Source: an uncultured Syntrophaceae bacterium
GTDB taxonomy: Bacteria; Desulfobacterota; Syntrophia; Syntrophales; UBA2210
Assembly: GCA_964610735.1 (NCBI GenBank)
Contig: CAZSYH010000006.1
Location: forward strand, 666 to 64,665
Length of the DNA: 64,000 bases
Direction: 5' to 3'
Below the pieces are notes generated by a model. The model made no database searches. It had not been told where the DNA came from and was given only the letters and a program-made list of their open reading frames with translations. The translations under genes were made by a program, and so were the position numbers. Shown here piece after piece: positions 9,746-19,207 of the stretch; position 1 is the first letter of the stretch; each line of letters opens with the position of its first letter.

Positions 9746-10573
9746 TTACTGGAAAATATATTCCAGATTTTGTTCTTTGCCTTTCCTTTTGATAGTAAGG
9801 TTTATCGAGGAGCCCGATTTCAAACTGTCATACAGCTTCAGCATCTCGTCCGGGCTCTTAATCGGCTGGTCGTTAACACTCTGTATGATATCCCAGTTTT
9901 GCATGCCCATTTTCTGAAAGATGCTTCCGGATTTTATGCTGCTTATTATGAAGCCGTCCGATTTTCCAGCGGAGAAATATGGTCGAATCCTGGCCTGGGT
10001 AAGAATCTTGCCCATGTCTTTCATGGCTTCGTTTATCTCGGCTTTATTCACGATTACAGAACTTCCGGCACCAGAGGCCTGCTTTTCCTCACTCTCCCTG
10101 TCTTTGCCGGGCTTATCCATTGCCAATATCTCATCCCTGCCGTCCACGCGCAGTACAACCATGCCGCGCATTATCCTGGCGACGGTGGCGGAGGCAACAG
10201 TATCTCCAGTCTTGAAAAGCCCCTGTTTCTTTTTGTCCTTTTCCTCGATAACGGCGCAATCGAAATTTCCTGTTCCGGAAACAGTGCCCAAAAGGGCCAG
10301 ATCCAATTTTGTGGACTCCAACTCATTGACATCGATATATCTTTCTCCCGCAGCTTTATCGATTGAGCCGAACAGGTTTCTTTTAGAAATCACGCTGTAG
10401 GAATCCAGAGGTTGTTTTTTGACAACCTGAATATTCGCCTTTTCAGTAACTGTTGTTCCGGTTTTGACGCCGGCAAGTTTTGCGTTCACCACCCTGTAAA
10501 AGATATCCACGGACAGATATGCCAGGACGGTAATTGCTATAAGGATGACTATTGCACGATATTTTGTTGTCAT
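9746..10573 (-). CDS. gspC: Type II secretion protein GspC (HR + PDZ)
   Basis: N-terminal TM, KRNLFG, LALLGTV, and a PDZ domain (GSIFQKMGMQNWDIIQSVND...IKRKGK). Start taken at ATG 10573. Confidence 0.85.
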   Translation of the reverse strand: MTTKYRAIVILIAITVLAYLSVDIFYRVVNAKLAGVKTGTTVTEKANIQVVKKQPLDSYSVISKRNLFGSIDKAAGERYIDVNELESTKLDLALLGTVSGTGNFDCAVIEEKDKKKQGLFKTGDTVASATVARIMRGMVVLRVDGRDEILAMDKPGKDRESEEKQASGAGSSVIVNKAEINEAMKDMGKILTQARIRPYFSAGKSDGFIISSIKSGSIFQKMGMQNWDIIQSVNDQPIKSPDEMLKLYDSLKSGSSINLTIKRKGKEQNLEYIFQ

Positions 10574-10595
10574 AGTTTCAACTGTAAACCATCTA

Positions 10596-11417
10596 TTACA
10601 TAAACCTCGGGACTGGATTTGATAGGGTTCCCCTAAGTGTGGTCGAAATTCTTTTGCCAAGGGTGTGAACGTCCACATCACCTTTTATGGCGAGCCTGCT
10701 CCGCATGATATTTTCGTTCAACAATATATCTCCGTTGAAAGACCCGCTCAACTGTCTTCCCGCCATTTTTAAGTTGTTTATTTTCAGGGTGCGATTTTTG
10801 AGAGTCATATCCACCTCCATTTTATCAAAGTTCATCTCATTGAGGCCGAATATGTCTCCCAAAAGCTTTACGTTTCCGTCAAGGAGCGCGATGTTTGCGC
10901 TGCCTGTGCCGTTGATGAACCTGTCCCATTTTCCATTATACGACATGGTTCCCTCGAGCCTGCCGCCAATCTCGCGGCCTGTCGCTGTTTTGATGAAGGA
11001 ACACTTTTCGAGGCTGATGTCATTAAACCCGGCATTTATTCTGACAGGTCCTTTGCGTGAAAAGCGGTTTGCGAAACCTATATCCGCCTTTAGACGCCCT
11101 TCGTATGCATTGGCATTCAAAAGCAGCGTCAGTTTGCCGGTAAAGAGGTTTATAATGGCCGGCCGCAGTTTTAAGGCGCTCATTCTGAGAATCAGATCCG
11201 GTTTGTCCCTGAAGCCGATTTCAATGTTGCCCAGTCTTATGCCCGGTAGCAAGCAGGGTTTCACAGAATCAATCAGGAGGACAACATTCGGGTTGTCGCC
11301 CTCGACAATTGATTTGATATACCTTCCCGCGCTGTCTGAAGGAAATCGAACATACAGAAAAATAGCCGTAATCAGCACGCCGTATATCGTATATGTAATC
11401 CATTTTTTTGTTTTCAT
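10596..11417 (-). CDS. gspN: Type II secretion protein GspN
   Basis: N-terminal TM with FLYVRFP, beta-rich body and C-terminal LRGTLSNP; positioned between gspM and gspC. Confidence 0.8.
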   Translation of the reverse strand: MKTKKWITYTIYGVLITAIFLYVRFPSDSAGRYIKSIVEGDNPNVVLLIDSVKPCLLPGIRLGNIEIGFRDKPDLILRMSALKLRPAIINLFTGKLTLLLNANAYEGRLKADIGFANRFSRKGPVRINAGFNDISLEKCSFIKTATGREIGGRLEGTMSYNGKWDRFINGTGSANIALLDGNVKLLGDIFGLNEMNFDKMEVDMTLKNRTLKINNLKMAGRQLSGSFNGDILLNENIMRSRLAIKGDVDVHTLGKRISTTLRGTLSNPVPRFM

Positions 11418-11483
11418 GGTTATAACGGTTTACAGCTTACAGTTACCAGAACCCAGAACCCCTAATCTTCTAATCTTCTAATC
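11418..11483. repeat. Heptamer repeat tract
   Basis: TTTACAG CTTACAG TTACCAG AACCCAG AACCC, then CTAATCTT x2 + CTAATC. Confidence 0.6.
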
Positions 11484-12029
11484 TTTCATGTATGTCACAA
11501 GCTGCATCAAAACGGTCAGGTATTCCGAACTCCCCTTGCTCTGTTTTATCGAAATCCTTTTGATTCTGACCAGATTCTCCTGCGACTCCACAAGGTGCAG
11601 ATACTCGACGAGTTGTTTCAGAGTGATGTTTTCCAGATTCATCTCCACGGATGATTCACTGTACGGGACCTTGTCCGTTGAGGTGGAGGGTTTCATGTAT
11701 TTTATGTTCGGTTTTATCCCGCTTTGCCCAGCCTGTTTTTCCAGAAAAGAAAACAGTGTAAAATCTTTGGATCTGAGGGCAAGCATCCTTCCGATGTCAA
11801 CCGAATTTTCTTTCAGCGCCACGTATTCCGAACTGAGAGAGGCCAGTTCTTTTAGGGTCTTCTCTTTTGCCTGAACAGAATGCCTGGTTTTTTCCTTTGC
11901 GTCCAGAAAAGGGAACAGGGCAAACTGGAAGACGATAAAGAGAGCGACCAGGGCAATGCCCGCTGACACGTAATATCTTTCCCGCTTTGTCAGTTTAAAT
12001 TTAAATTTTGTCCAAAAATCCATCGCCAT
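11478..12029 (-). CDS. gspM: Type II secretion protein GspM
   Basis: LTKRER followed by a TM, coiled coil, FTLFSFLE and ITLKQLVEYL; downstream of gspL. Confidence 0.85.
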   Translation of the reverse strand: MAMDFWTKFKFKLTKRERYYVSAGIALVALFIVFQFALFPFLDAKEKTRHSVQAKEKTLKELASLSSEYVALKENSVDIGRMLALRSKDFTLFSFLEKQAGQSGIKPNIKYMKPSTSTDKVPYSESSVEMNLENITLKQLVEYLHLVESQENLVRIKRISIKQSKGSSEYLTVLMQLVTYMKD

Positions 12030-12063
12030 TGTTTTTTCTCTTACCTTCTAATCTTCTAACCTT

Positions 12064-13596
12064 CTATCCCTTTATCCCCATCCTCAAATCAAATCCGACC
12101 CGGCTCCCCTTTTTTATGAGACTGGCCGAGCTTATTGTAACGTCTTTAAACCAGTCCGATTTGCCGAGACTGTTTTTTATTCCGTCAACGCTGTTGAAGT
12201 TGTCGGTTTCGCCATTGATTTTCACAGTTTCCCCGTCAAACGTGAAACTCGTGATAAGAAACTCTGTGGATTCCGGAATAAGCCGGGAGATATCCTTCAA
12301 TATGTCCAGTGTCTTTATCCCGAACCCATTGCCGTTCAGTCCGGCGGAAGACCGCCGCTCCCCGGCGATTTTCACTTTGAGCTGTTGGACTGGATCGACT
12401 ATCTTTGTGACCTCGGGGCAGGTCTTTTTAAAGACAGCCGCTATTTCCTGGTTTACTCTGTTCAGACGTGTCCTGTCATAATGGTAGTCCATGTACAGAT
12501 CAACTCCGAGGACGCAAAGGATTATGAGGACAAGCGCCGCTACCCACCTGAAATCTTTACGGAATTTTTCATACACCCTTTTCGGTCTGAACCTTCCCCT
12601 AGCAAAGTTAAAACCCGCGCCCTTCTTTACCTCCCCGGTTGCGAGAGCAATGGCCTGATTCATCAGCATGGAATTCAAACCTTCCGCGACCCCCTCCTTT
12701 ATGCTGATATCTTCCGCGGCGGAGCTGTCAACCGGCTCCACCGGAAGGGAGAAAAATGCCTCCATTTCGCCTGTGAGGGGCCGGTATAGCGCTCCTCCTC
12801 CGGTCAGAAATATCTCCGCGGGTGCTTCTTCAATCTCTCCTTTCAACCGCAGGAATTCCAGCGTGTTCTTCACTTCAGAAAAGAATTCCCGGCACACTGC
12901 TGAAATCTTTTCTCCGGTTTCTCCTGTATCGCCCGACCTCTTTTTCTCTTCGGCTTCTGAGAATTCAATCCCGGCGGCCTCCGCTAACGCCTCGGTAATG
13001 CTCGCTCCACCGAAAGGGAAATGCCTTATGTGAAATATCCCGCCTTCCCTGAACAACACACCGGAGGTGTCTCTGTATCCGATGTCCAGAAGAAGGCCGC
13101 AGCCCTTGACACCGCCAGCTATCAGCTTAGAAACGGCAGGGACGGCATCTATATTAATGGCCGATGCCTCTACATGGCATTCGTCAAGGAGCCGGATCAA
13201 ATTACCGACGGTGGATTCAGGGATCGCGGCCGCGAATATCCCTGATTGATCCCGCTGGTCCAAAACCGTGTAATCTATAAGAACGTCTTCGGCGGAATAG
13301 GGGATAAGCGGTTCAAGCTCGTACGCGATAGTCTTGTCAATCTTTTTTCTGTCTTTGAATGGAAGTTTTATATTGCGGAAGGAAAAACTTTTTGAGGGAA
13401 GCGAAGTTACGCACACGCTGTTTCTGAATGCGTCATTTTCAAACAGTTTTTTCAGGGAGCCTTCAACGCCGCCCGCCTCATCAATATCAACAAGGGACAT
13501 GCCTGTGAGCTCGTACCCTCTCAGGCTGACTGTAGCCAGAACCGCCTTTATGCTGCTCCTGCCGATATCAAGGCCCAGAATCTTCTCCGGCATCAA
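12064..13596 (-). CDS. gspL: Type II secretion protein GspL (PilM-like cytoplasmic domain + PilN-like periplasmic domain)
   Basis: ILGLDIGRSSIK, LLLDIG, PFGG and IFLTGGG actin-like motifs, then a TM and periplasmic domain. Confidence 0.88.
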   Translation of the reverse strand: MMPEKILGLDIGRSSIKAVLATVSLRGYELTGMSLVDIDEAGGVEGSLKKLFENDAFRNSVCVTSLPSKSFSFRNIKLPFKDRKKIDKTIAYELEPLIPYSAEDVLIDYTVLDQRDQSGIFAAAIPESTVGNLIRLLDECHVEASAINIDAVPAVSKLIAGGVKGCGLLLDIGYRDTSGVLFREGGIFHIRHFPFGGASITEALAEAAGIEFSEAEEKKRSGDTGETGEKISAVCREFFSEVKNTLEFLRLKGEIEEAPAEIFLTGGGALYRPLTGEMEAFFSLPVEPVDSSAAEDISIKEGVAEGLNSMLMNQAIALATGEVKKGAGFNFARGRFRPKRVYEKFRKDFRWVAALVLIILCVLGVDLYMDYHYDRTRLNRVNQEIAAVFKKTCPEVTKIVDPVQQLKVKIAGERRSSAGLNGNGFGIKTLDILKDISRLIPESTEFLITSFTFDGETVKINGETDNFNSVDGIKNSLGKSDWFKDVTISSASLIKKGSRVGFDLRMGIKG

Positions 13597-14567
13597 TCCA
13601 CCTTCCAGGACAGTATCTTTACATCTTTGCCGTCGCTGTTTCTTTCGACTGTTCCGCTTACACTTCTGCTTATACCATTCAGATAACCGCTGGATGTAAT
13701 TCTGAATATATCGCTCTTTACGGTTATCAGCTCGGAGTCGATGGTTATGCCGTCCATGCCCGTAACATTATTATACCAATTCGGCCCGGAAAGATCGTTT
13801 TCCTCGTCACGCCTGTATTCGTCCATGCTGGATACCATCTCTCCGGTGATTCCGTCGGCGAGCGCTATCAGCGCCAATTTGGGGGCAGTATTGATATTTA
13901 TCTTCCCTTCACCATACACAGTAAGATACCTTGCGATTCCGGGTCGCTTGCCCGTGCCGTAGTACAAATCTTTGGTGATGCCCTTTACCATTAAAAGCTC
14001 ATCAATACAATCCAGGGGAGCGTTTTTGCACGCGTATGGCTCTTCCAACCCCTCATAGTATATATTCTCGGCGCCGAAACCGGTTATCTCGTCGTCTTTA
14101 TCTATCCAGTCCCTGACCGCGTCCACAATATCGCGGACCTGCTGCTCATCCATGTCAAATTCCGGCAGGGTCAGAAACCTTGTCAGCAGATCCCCGAGTT
14201 TACTGTTGTATTTATTGTCGGCCACAAGCCTATTGATTGGGATCTTACCGGATTCATCCTCGATATTCAACTCAAAGCGTCCCGCGTCAAAGAAAGCGGC
14301 TGAGCCGGCGGAAAACTCCTGTGATCCGGCCCAGTCCTCATTCAGGGAATCGAAACTGTTCTTGTCTTCACGCAGGAGCGCTTCGCCCGCGTAAAATCCT
14401 GACTTTGCCACACAGGCGGCTTGGATTCCGTCGCCAAGATTCGCGGCCTCGTATATCCCGGACCTCGATAAGATATTCAGGTGAAGCGTCACGGCGATAA
14501 TGACGCTGATCATCAGTATCACCAATATCAACGCTACCCCTCTGTCGTTCATCAGGATCTTTTTCAT
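13593..14567 (-). CDS. gspK: Minor pseudopilin GspK
   Basis: RG|VALILVI cleavage site, IEDESGKIPIN, DWIDKDD, ELLMVKGIT and GKININTAP. Confidence 0.92.
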   Translation of the reverse strand: MKKILMNDRGVALILVILMISVIIAVTLHLNILSRSGIYEAANLGDGIQAACVAKSGFYAGEALLREDKNSFDSLNEDWAGSQEFSAGSAAFFDAGRFELNIEDESGKIPINRLVADNKYNSKLGDLLTRFLTLPEFDMDEQQVRDIVDAVRDWIDKDDEITGFGAENIYYEGLEEPYACKNAPLDCIDELLMVKGITKDLYYGTGKRPGIARYLTVYGEGKININTAPKLALIALADGITGEMVSSMDEYRRDEENDLSGPNWYNNVTGMDGITIDSELITVKSDIFRITSSGYLNGISRSVSGTVERNSDGKDVKILSWKVD

Positions 14568-14589
14568 GCCGTCCTCTTTACCCTGATCT

Positions 14590-15264
14590 CTATTCCCCAA
14601 CCACCGGCAGAAACACCTTTGTCATAAACCTGTAAGGCCTGTCTTTGTCATCGGGATTCATGAAATTTATTTGTATGGACACGACAGCCGGCGCCTTGCC
14701 ATGCTGGGCCTTAAAATCGGATTCAGAATTCCAGGAGTCGTATTTCTCTCCGGCGCGGTCATAAAACTTATACGTCAGTGATTGCAGCCTGTCGCAGAGG
14801 GTGTATCCCCCTTTTCTCGAAGCCTCCTCCGCGTTTTCTAATTTGTTCCGGTACAGATTATCCTTCCGTTTCAGGATGCAGCCATCTTTTTCCGTATCCA
14901 CTTCGACAAAGTAGCTTATAGAGGCAGCGCCAGAGATTCTTTCATTGGAAAAGTCAATGTGCGCGAATGAAAGGAATGACAGCTCCGTAAACTCTTCTCT
15001 TCCCGTTTCGGTCTCTCCTGAAATGAATCTGAAAGAGCCTTTACTACTACAGACAGATTCCATGTCTTTTGTCATCCTGCTCATTGCTGTCCTTGCCATA
15101 CTGTAGATGTCATCGGCGTACTGTGTATCCTTAACGATCCTGAAGGTGCCGGTATAGGCGGCATATACCGTTGTCAATACCGTCGCCAGTATAAATATGG
15201 CGATCAGTATCTCAATCAGCGTGAAGCCTCCGATTCCGGAATCACTGTTTGTGCGAGCGATCAT
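14590..15264 (-). CDS. gspJ: Minor pseudopilin GspJ
   Basis: GG|FTLIEILIAI type III signal; ARTAMSRMTKDM; upstream of gspK. Confidence 0.85.
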   Translation of the reverse strand: MIARTNSDSGIGGFTLIEILIAIFILATVLTTVYAAYTGTFRIVKDTQYADDIYSMARTAMSRMTKDMESVCSSKGSFRFISGETETGREEFTELSFLSFAHIDFSNERISGAASISYFVEVDTEKDGCILKRKDNLYRNKLENAEEASRKGGYTLCDRLQSLTYKFYDRAGEKYDSWNSESDFKAQHGKAPAVVSIQINFMNPDDKDRPYRFMTKVFLPVVGE

Positions 15265-15281
15265 ATTCTACCCTACCCCCC

Positions 15282-15823
15282 TCATTTGATAACAAAATCG
15301 GAAAAGTTCTTCGGTGTAATTACAGTGGATTAACTTCCGGATAGGCGCCATAAATTATACGGTGCTTCAGCATGCGCTTTTCGTCGAGCAAACTGGTATA
15401 TTCAGATATTTCCCGGAAGGAGATTGGGAAGAGCAGGTATTCAAACTTGCGTCCCGTCAATGGTTCATTTATTTTATTACCCCACTCCGATGATGATGAC
15501 CCCGTTACCAAAACCTGCACATCCTCCAGGTTGTCGGCCATAAGTTTCAGCGTTACTCCAATATTGACGATGCGCTGGGCCTCATCGATAATTACCAGTG
15601 GATGATGGCCAACCAGCGTCTTCAGTTGTGTAGATGTCGTATCTGAGAGCATTTCCCGAATATCGACTTCATCGCCATTCAGATAAAGAGTTGAAAGGCC
15701 GGAAGTCTCGGCGAGGTGATTCACCAATGTTGTCTTCCCGACCTGACGGGCGCCCAAAACCAAAATGATCTTGCCCTTATGAAATCGTTTAAAAATGCTT
15801 TTTTCGAGTGTTCTGGGAAGCAT
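15282..15823 (-). pseudogene. Internally deleted AAA_14/DUF4143 ATP-binding protein gene
   Basis: GARQVGKTT, IIDEAQRI, VTGSSS, EPLTGRK and IIYGAYPEV, then a stop at 167 aa. An out-of-frame segment STVITPKNFSDFVIK* follows directly and resembles the family C-terminus. Confidence 0.75.
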
Positions 15824-15972
15824 GACTCACCATAAACCTCCCTTCAGCAAGCTGCGGATTAACCACTTTTCATCCCGGCGAATCAGGATGGATAAGTGCA
15901 AATATCTCGATTCAAAACGCAGGCTTTATTTTGAGATACCTCAAAAATGGGGTAGTATCTTCATGTTTTTCA

Positions 15973-16359
15973 TCAGTAAACGGCGAACCTGTAAAGCGCG
16001 AGCCGGTAGGAATTATTCGACGTCATTTTTTCATTTACAACCTTAACCTCAAATTTTTTCAACTGCTCGAATTCCGTTTCCGTCACATCTACCTGCCATG
16101 AATAATCGGAGAAATCATTGCCGAAATTCCCGCTGTCGGAGGCGACATTTTTCGGATTCGCCGCCTCGATCTCAGCCATTTTGCTTTGGGCAAGGAGGGC
16201 AGCAGTGGTTTCAAGCCTCGCACTGCCTGCCATGGATATGCTCTGTGACTGGGATTGAAAAACCACAACGAGCGTTATGGCGAGGATGGCCATGGCAATC
16301 ATGACCTCAAGGAGTGTAAAACCTCCGATGCCGGAACCACTGTTTATGCGGGCGATCAT
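15973..16359 (-). CDS. gspI: Minor pseudopilin GspI
   Basis: GG|FTLLEVMIAMAILA and AALLAQSKMAEIE. GGAG RBS before ATG 16359; alternative ATG at 16371. Confidence 0.88.
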   Translation of the reverse strand: MIARINSGSGIGGFTLLEVMIAMAILAITLVVVFQSQSQSISMAGSARLETTAALLAQSKMAEIEAANPKNVASDSGNFGNDFSDYSWQVDVTETEFEQLKKFEVKVVNEKMTSNNSYRLALYRFAVY

Positions 16360-16377
16360 ATTCTGCTCCATGGGGAA

Positions 16378-16407
16378 TTTCTACCACAGGGCAGGTGGTT
16401 TTTTCAA
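16378..16407 (-). promoter_or_regulatory. Putative internal promoter for gspI-gspE
   Basis: On the minus strand, TTGAAA-18 bp-TAGAAA with an extended TG element, just upstream of the gspI RBS. Confidence 0.35.
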
Positions 16408-16492
16408 CAGGGGATTACAGTCGCATATTGACAATTGCGAGCATAAATATGCTATAAGTTTAGAGCATGGTTAAACACAACGCGCATCACTG

Positions 16493-17980
16493 ATGGGTAG
16501 CTGGATGAAATTGTTAAAGATACTTCTTCCCGGACTGTTTGCGGCCCAGCTTATAGCCACCATACAGGTCTGTCTGTCTAATGCCGGCCTTTGCCGTGCC
16601 TTTGTGGCTATGAGGGAAGCCGGCTATCTCGTGGTGCCAAACCAGCATGCCATGGTGCACCTGAGGGAATTCGGCCCCGCCTTTTTCGGAGGCCTGTTTT
16701 TTACGCTGACTGTGGGGGCTGGTCTCTCTCTTCTGACTTTTGCCGCGTTTTGGACATGGGATCGCGTCTTCTCACGGAGCAGGTTATCTCTGGGCTTTTT
16801 CCTGATATTGTGGGTGGGATGTCTTGCATCGGTGAACTTTAAAGGCTTCTGCCCCGCTGCTGCCTCCTATTTTCTTTTTGTACCCCCCGTGGTTTTCGCG
16901 GCTGCCCTGAAATGGATGCCTGTTCAGGCAAGGCAGCGAACCCGGTCTGGAGAACTTGTCCACGTTATTCCTCTTCTGGTCCTGGCGCTTCTGTGGCTGC
17001 CCCGGGCCGGTGGCGACGTATTTCTCGACATCAGAGACAATCTCCTCATGTCCAATTCTTTTGGAACAAAAATCAGCGATTTCTATTACAAATACACACT
17101 CTATCCCGCGGAGGCCTTCAAATCACTTGATCAAAAAATGATCAGGACATGCAATCCCGATCAGCTCGGGAAAGGCCCAGTGGCAAACCTTGTAAAAGAA
17201 AGATTGCTCCGCCATGACTACCTTCCCATAAGCGGATACTCAAAGGCCGATCTGGAGATATCAAGAAAGAATGGCCTGCTTGTCTTCAAAAACAGGGGGA
17301 AGGCGATTCTTCAAATCCCGCCGAAAGCTTTTCTTTCCCGGTCAGGCCACATACTGAGGGAATTTTCCCTGAAGACCGACAGGTATTTACTCTTCAGGAA
17401 GTTTGTCTTTTTATGCCTTCTGACGGGGTCCCCCATCATTCTGTATATTGTTCTGCGCGCGCTGTTTTCCCTCGCACTGACCCCTTTGATGAACCCCTGG
17501 AGGACCTCTGCCGCGGCCTCTGTTCTCTGTTTTTTGACCGGCGGCGCTCTTTTGCTCCTGCTTTATTCAGGCAGCGGCAGGGCGGTGGATACAGGAAACC
17601 TGTCTGAAGTCATGGAATTGGAAAACTGGAAGGACAGGGTTGCGGCCCTGAAGTTTATAGGGCGGAAGGGGATGGAAGTGAGCAATTTCGAGTCCTATAA
17701 AAAAATGCTGAAAAGTCCCCGTGTGCCCGAGCGCTACTGGCTGGCAAAGGCCATGAGTAACAGTCGGAAACCCGAAATCGGCAGCGCTCTTCTGGCCCTG
17801 CTGAATGACCCGCACCGGAATGTAGTTTGCATGGCCTTTTATGCCCTTGGAGAGAGGAAGGACCCTGGCGCCGCCGTGGAAATCATAAAGAGGATTGAGT
17901 CGTCCGACGACTGGTACAGCCAGCAGTGTGCCTACAGGGCGTTGAGGAGTCTTGGATGGAAACAGGCAAAATCAAAATAA
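16493..17980 (+). CDS. Multi-pass membrane protein with C-terminal HEAT/ARM repeats
   Basis: Several hydrophobic helices plus helical repeats (DRVAALK, ERYWLAKAM, LLNDPHRNVVCMAFYALG, QQCAYRAL). Confidence 0.8.
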   Translation: MGSWMKLLKILLPGLFAAQLIATIQVCLSNAGLCRAFVAMREAGYLVVPNQHAMVHLREFGPAFFGGLFFTLTVGAGLSLLTFAAFWTWDRVFSRSRLSLGFFLILWVGCLASVNFKGFCPAAASYFLFVPPVVFAAALKWMPVQARQRTRSGELVHVIPLLVLALLWLPRAGGDVFLDIRDNLLMSNSFGTKISDFYYKYTLYPAEAFKSLDQKMIRTCNPDQLGKGPVANLVKERLLRHDYLPISGYSKADLEISRKNGLLVFKNRGKAILQIPPKAFLSRSGHILREFSLKTDRYLLFRKFVFLCLLTGSPIILYIVLRALFSLALTPLMNPWRTSAAASVLCFLTGGALLLLLYSGSGRAVDTGNLSEVMELENWKDRVAALKFIGRKGMEVSNFESYKKMLKSPRVPERYWLAKAMSNSRKPEIGSALLALLNDPHRNVVCMAFYALGERKDPGAAVEIIKRIESSDDWYSQQCAYRALRSLGWKQAKSK

Positions 17981-18594
17981 AGACAGTGTTTGTCTCCCTT
18001 GCGGTAATTGTCGCAATCGAGGTGATAGCGAGGTTTGCGGTCTCTGGTGGGGCTGATAATCTGTTGCTCATTCTGGGCGTTGCGCGCCTTCTTGAGACAA
18101 TCTTTATTGCGCTTACAGTTTTGATCCTGGAAGGGAGCATCTCCTCCATAGGCCTTGCCCCGTCCGGCATGCTTTTCGGCTTGAAAAGGGGGCTTGTCTG
18201 GTCGGCCGGTTTCGGAACAATGGTGCTTCTTGTCTCTGCGGCGCTGTTTGCCCTCGGTATAAATCCCACCACACTGGTACACACCCGCCTTCCGGCAGGA
18301 CGAAATGAGGTTGTCCTCTTTTTCCTTGTCGGAGGCATTGTGTCGCCCGTGGCGGAAGAGATCTTCTTCAGGGGGATAATATACAGTTTCTTCAGACGGT
18401 GGGGGGTATTCGTTGCCGTAGCTCTGAGCACGCTGGCATTTGTCCTGGCCCATCCCGCGGGCTCCGGGCTGTCCCAGATAACAGGCGGAATCCTCTTTGC
18501 CATTGCCTACGAGAAGGAGGGAAACCTGACAGTCCCCATAACCATCCATATCCTGGGCAATATGGCCATCTTCAGCCTTTCGCTGATGTCTTAG
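17956..18594 (+). CDS. CPBP/Abi family intramembrane glutamic endopeptidase (CAAX protease-like)
   Basis: Motifs AEEIFFRG (EExxxR), FVLAH (FxxxH) and HILGN (HxxxN). GAGGAG RBS; overlaps the upstream gene. Confidence 0.9.
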   Translation: METGKIKIKTVFVSLAVIVAIEVIARFAVSGGADNLLLILGVARLLETIFIALTVLILEGSISSIGLAPSGMLFGLKRGLVWSAGFGTMVLLVSAALFALGINPTTLVHTRLPAGRNEVVLFFLVGGIVSPVAEEIFFRGIIYSFFRRWGVFVAVALSTLAFVLAHPAGSGLSQITGGILFAIAYEKEGNLTVPITIHILGNMAIFSLSLMS

Positions 18595-18628
18595 ATCGTG
18601 ACAATTATCTATTGTCCCCCCCCCCCCG

Positions 18629-19207
18629 TTATCTTCCGGCCATTTGATCCTGAAAATCAATATATTTATCAAAGGTTCTGACAGAGTTCAGAAAAGGTTT
18701 AAAGACCAGTGTAAAGCGCCGGTCTTTTTCGGCAAGGTGTATGACGGCCGGCTGTGTGTAATTCTTTCTGGAAAATCTGATTGTCGCCTCACCATCTGTA
18801 ATTTTCTCTTCCTCAGAGAAATAAATATCCATGATCTTCACTTCTTCCGGAAGTTTGAAGGCGCGTTTCTTCATCTCGCCCCTCGCTTCCGGTGTCATGT
18901 CGGCGCTATGTGTCCAGATAAGATTGTTGTCCAGATCCAAGCGGAGGATATAATCAACCTGATTGCGTACTGCATCGCTTCGCAGTTCCCTTGTCGTGTC
19001 GATCATGCGGTTTACGACCGTCTCCAGCCCACCGCCGAGCATTGTGTCACGCACCTTAGGGACAGCGATGATCAGCATCAGTCCGATGAGAAATACGACC
19101 ACGCTGAGTTCGATCAGGGTAAAGCCTTTATTGGATTCAGGTTGTTCAGGCTGAAGGCTGAAGGTTGAAGGCTGTAAGCTGCCAATTGTTGAGTTTCGTA
19201 TGACCAC
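18629..19207 (-). CDS. gspH: Minor pseudopilin GspH (start uncertain: GTG 19207 or TTG 19300)
   Basis: NKG|FTLIELSVVVFLIGLMLIIAVP; immediately downstream of gspG; the leader is encoded by repeat DNA. Confidence 0.8.
   Translation of the reverse strand: MVIRNSTIGSLQPSTFSLQPEQPESNKGFTLIELSVVVFLIGLMLIIAVPKVRDTMLGGGLETVVNRMIDTTRELRSDAVRNQVDYILRLDLDNNLIWTHSADMTPEARGEMKKRAFKLPEEVKIMDIYFSEEEKITDGEATIRFSRKNYTQPAVIHLAEKDRRFTLVFKPFLNSVRTFDKYIDFQDQMAGR

Noticed and set aside
17956-18594. CPBP protease as substitute for the missing prepilin peptidase GspO
   Set aside because: Prepilin peptidases are A24 aspartic peptidases and are commonly encoded elsewhere (pilD). Nothing in the sequence supports substitution.
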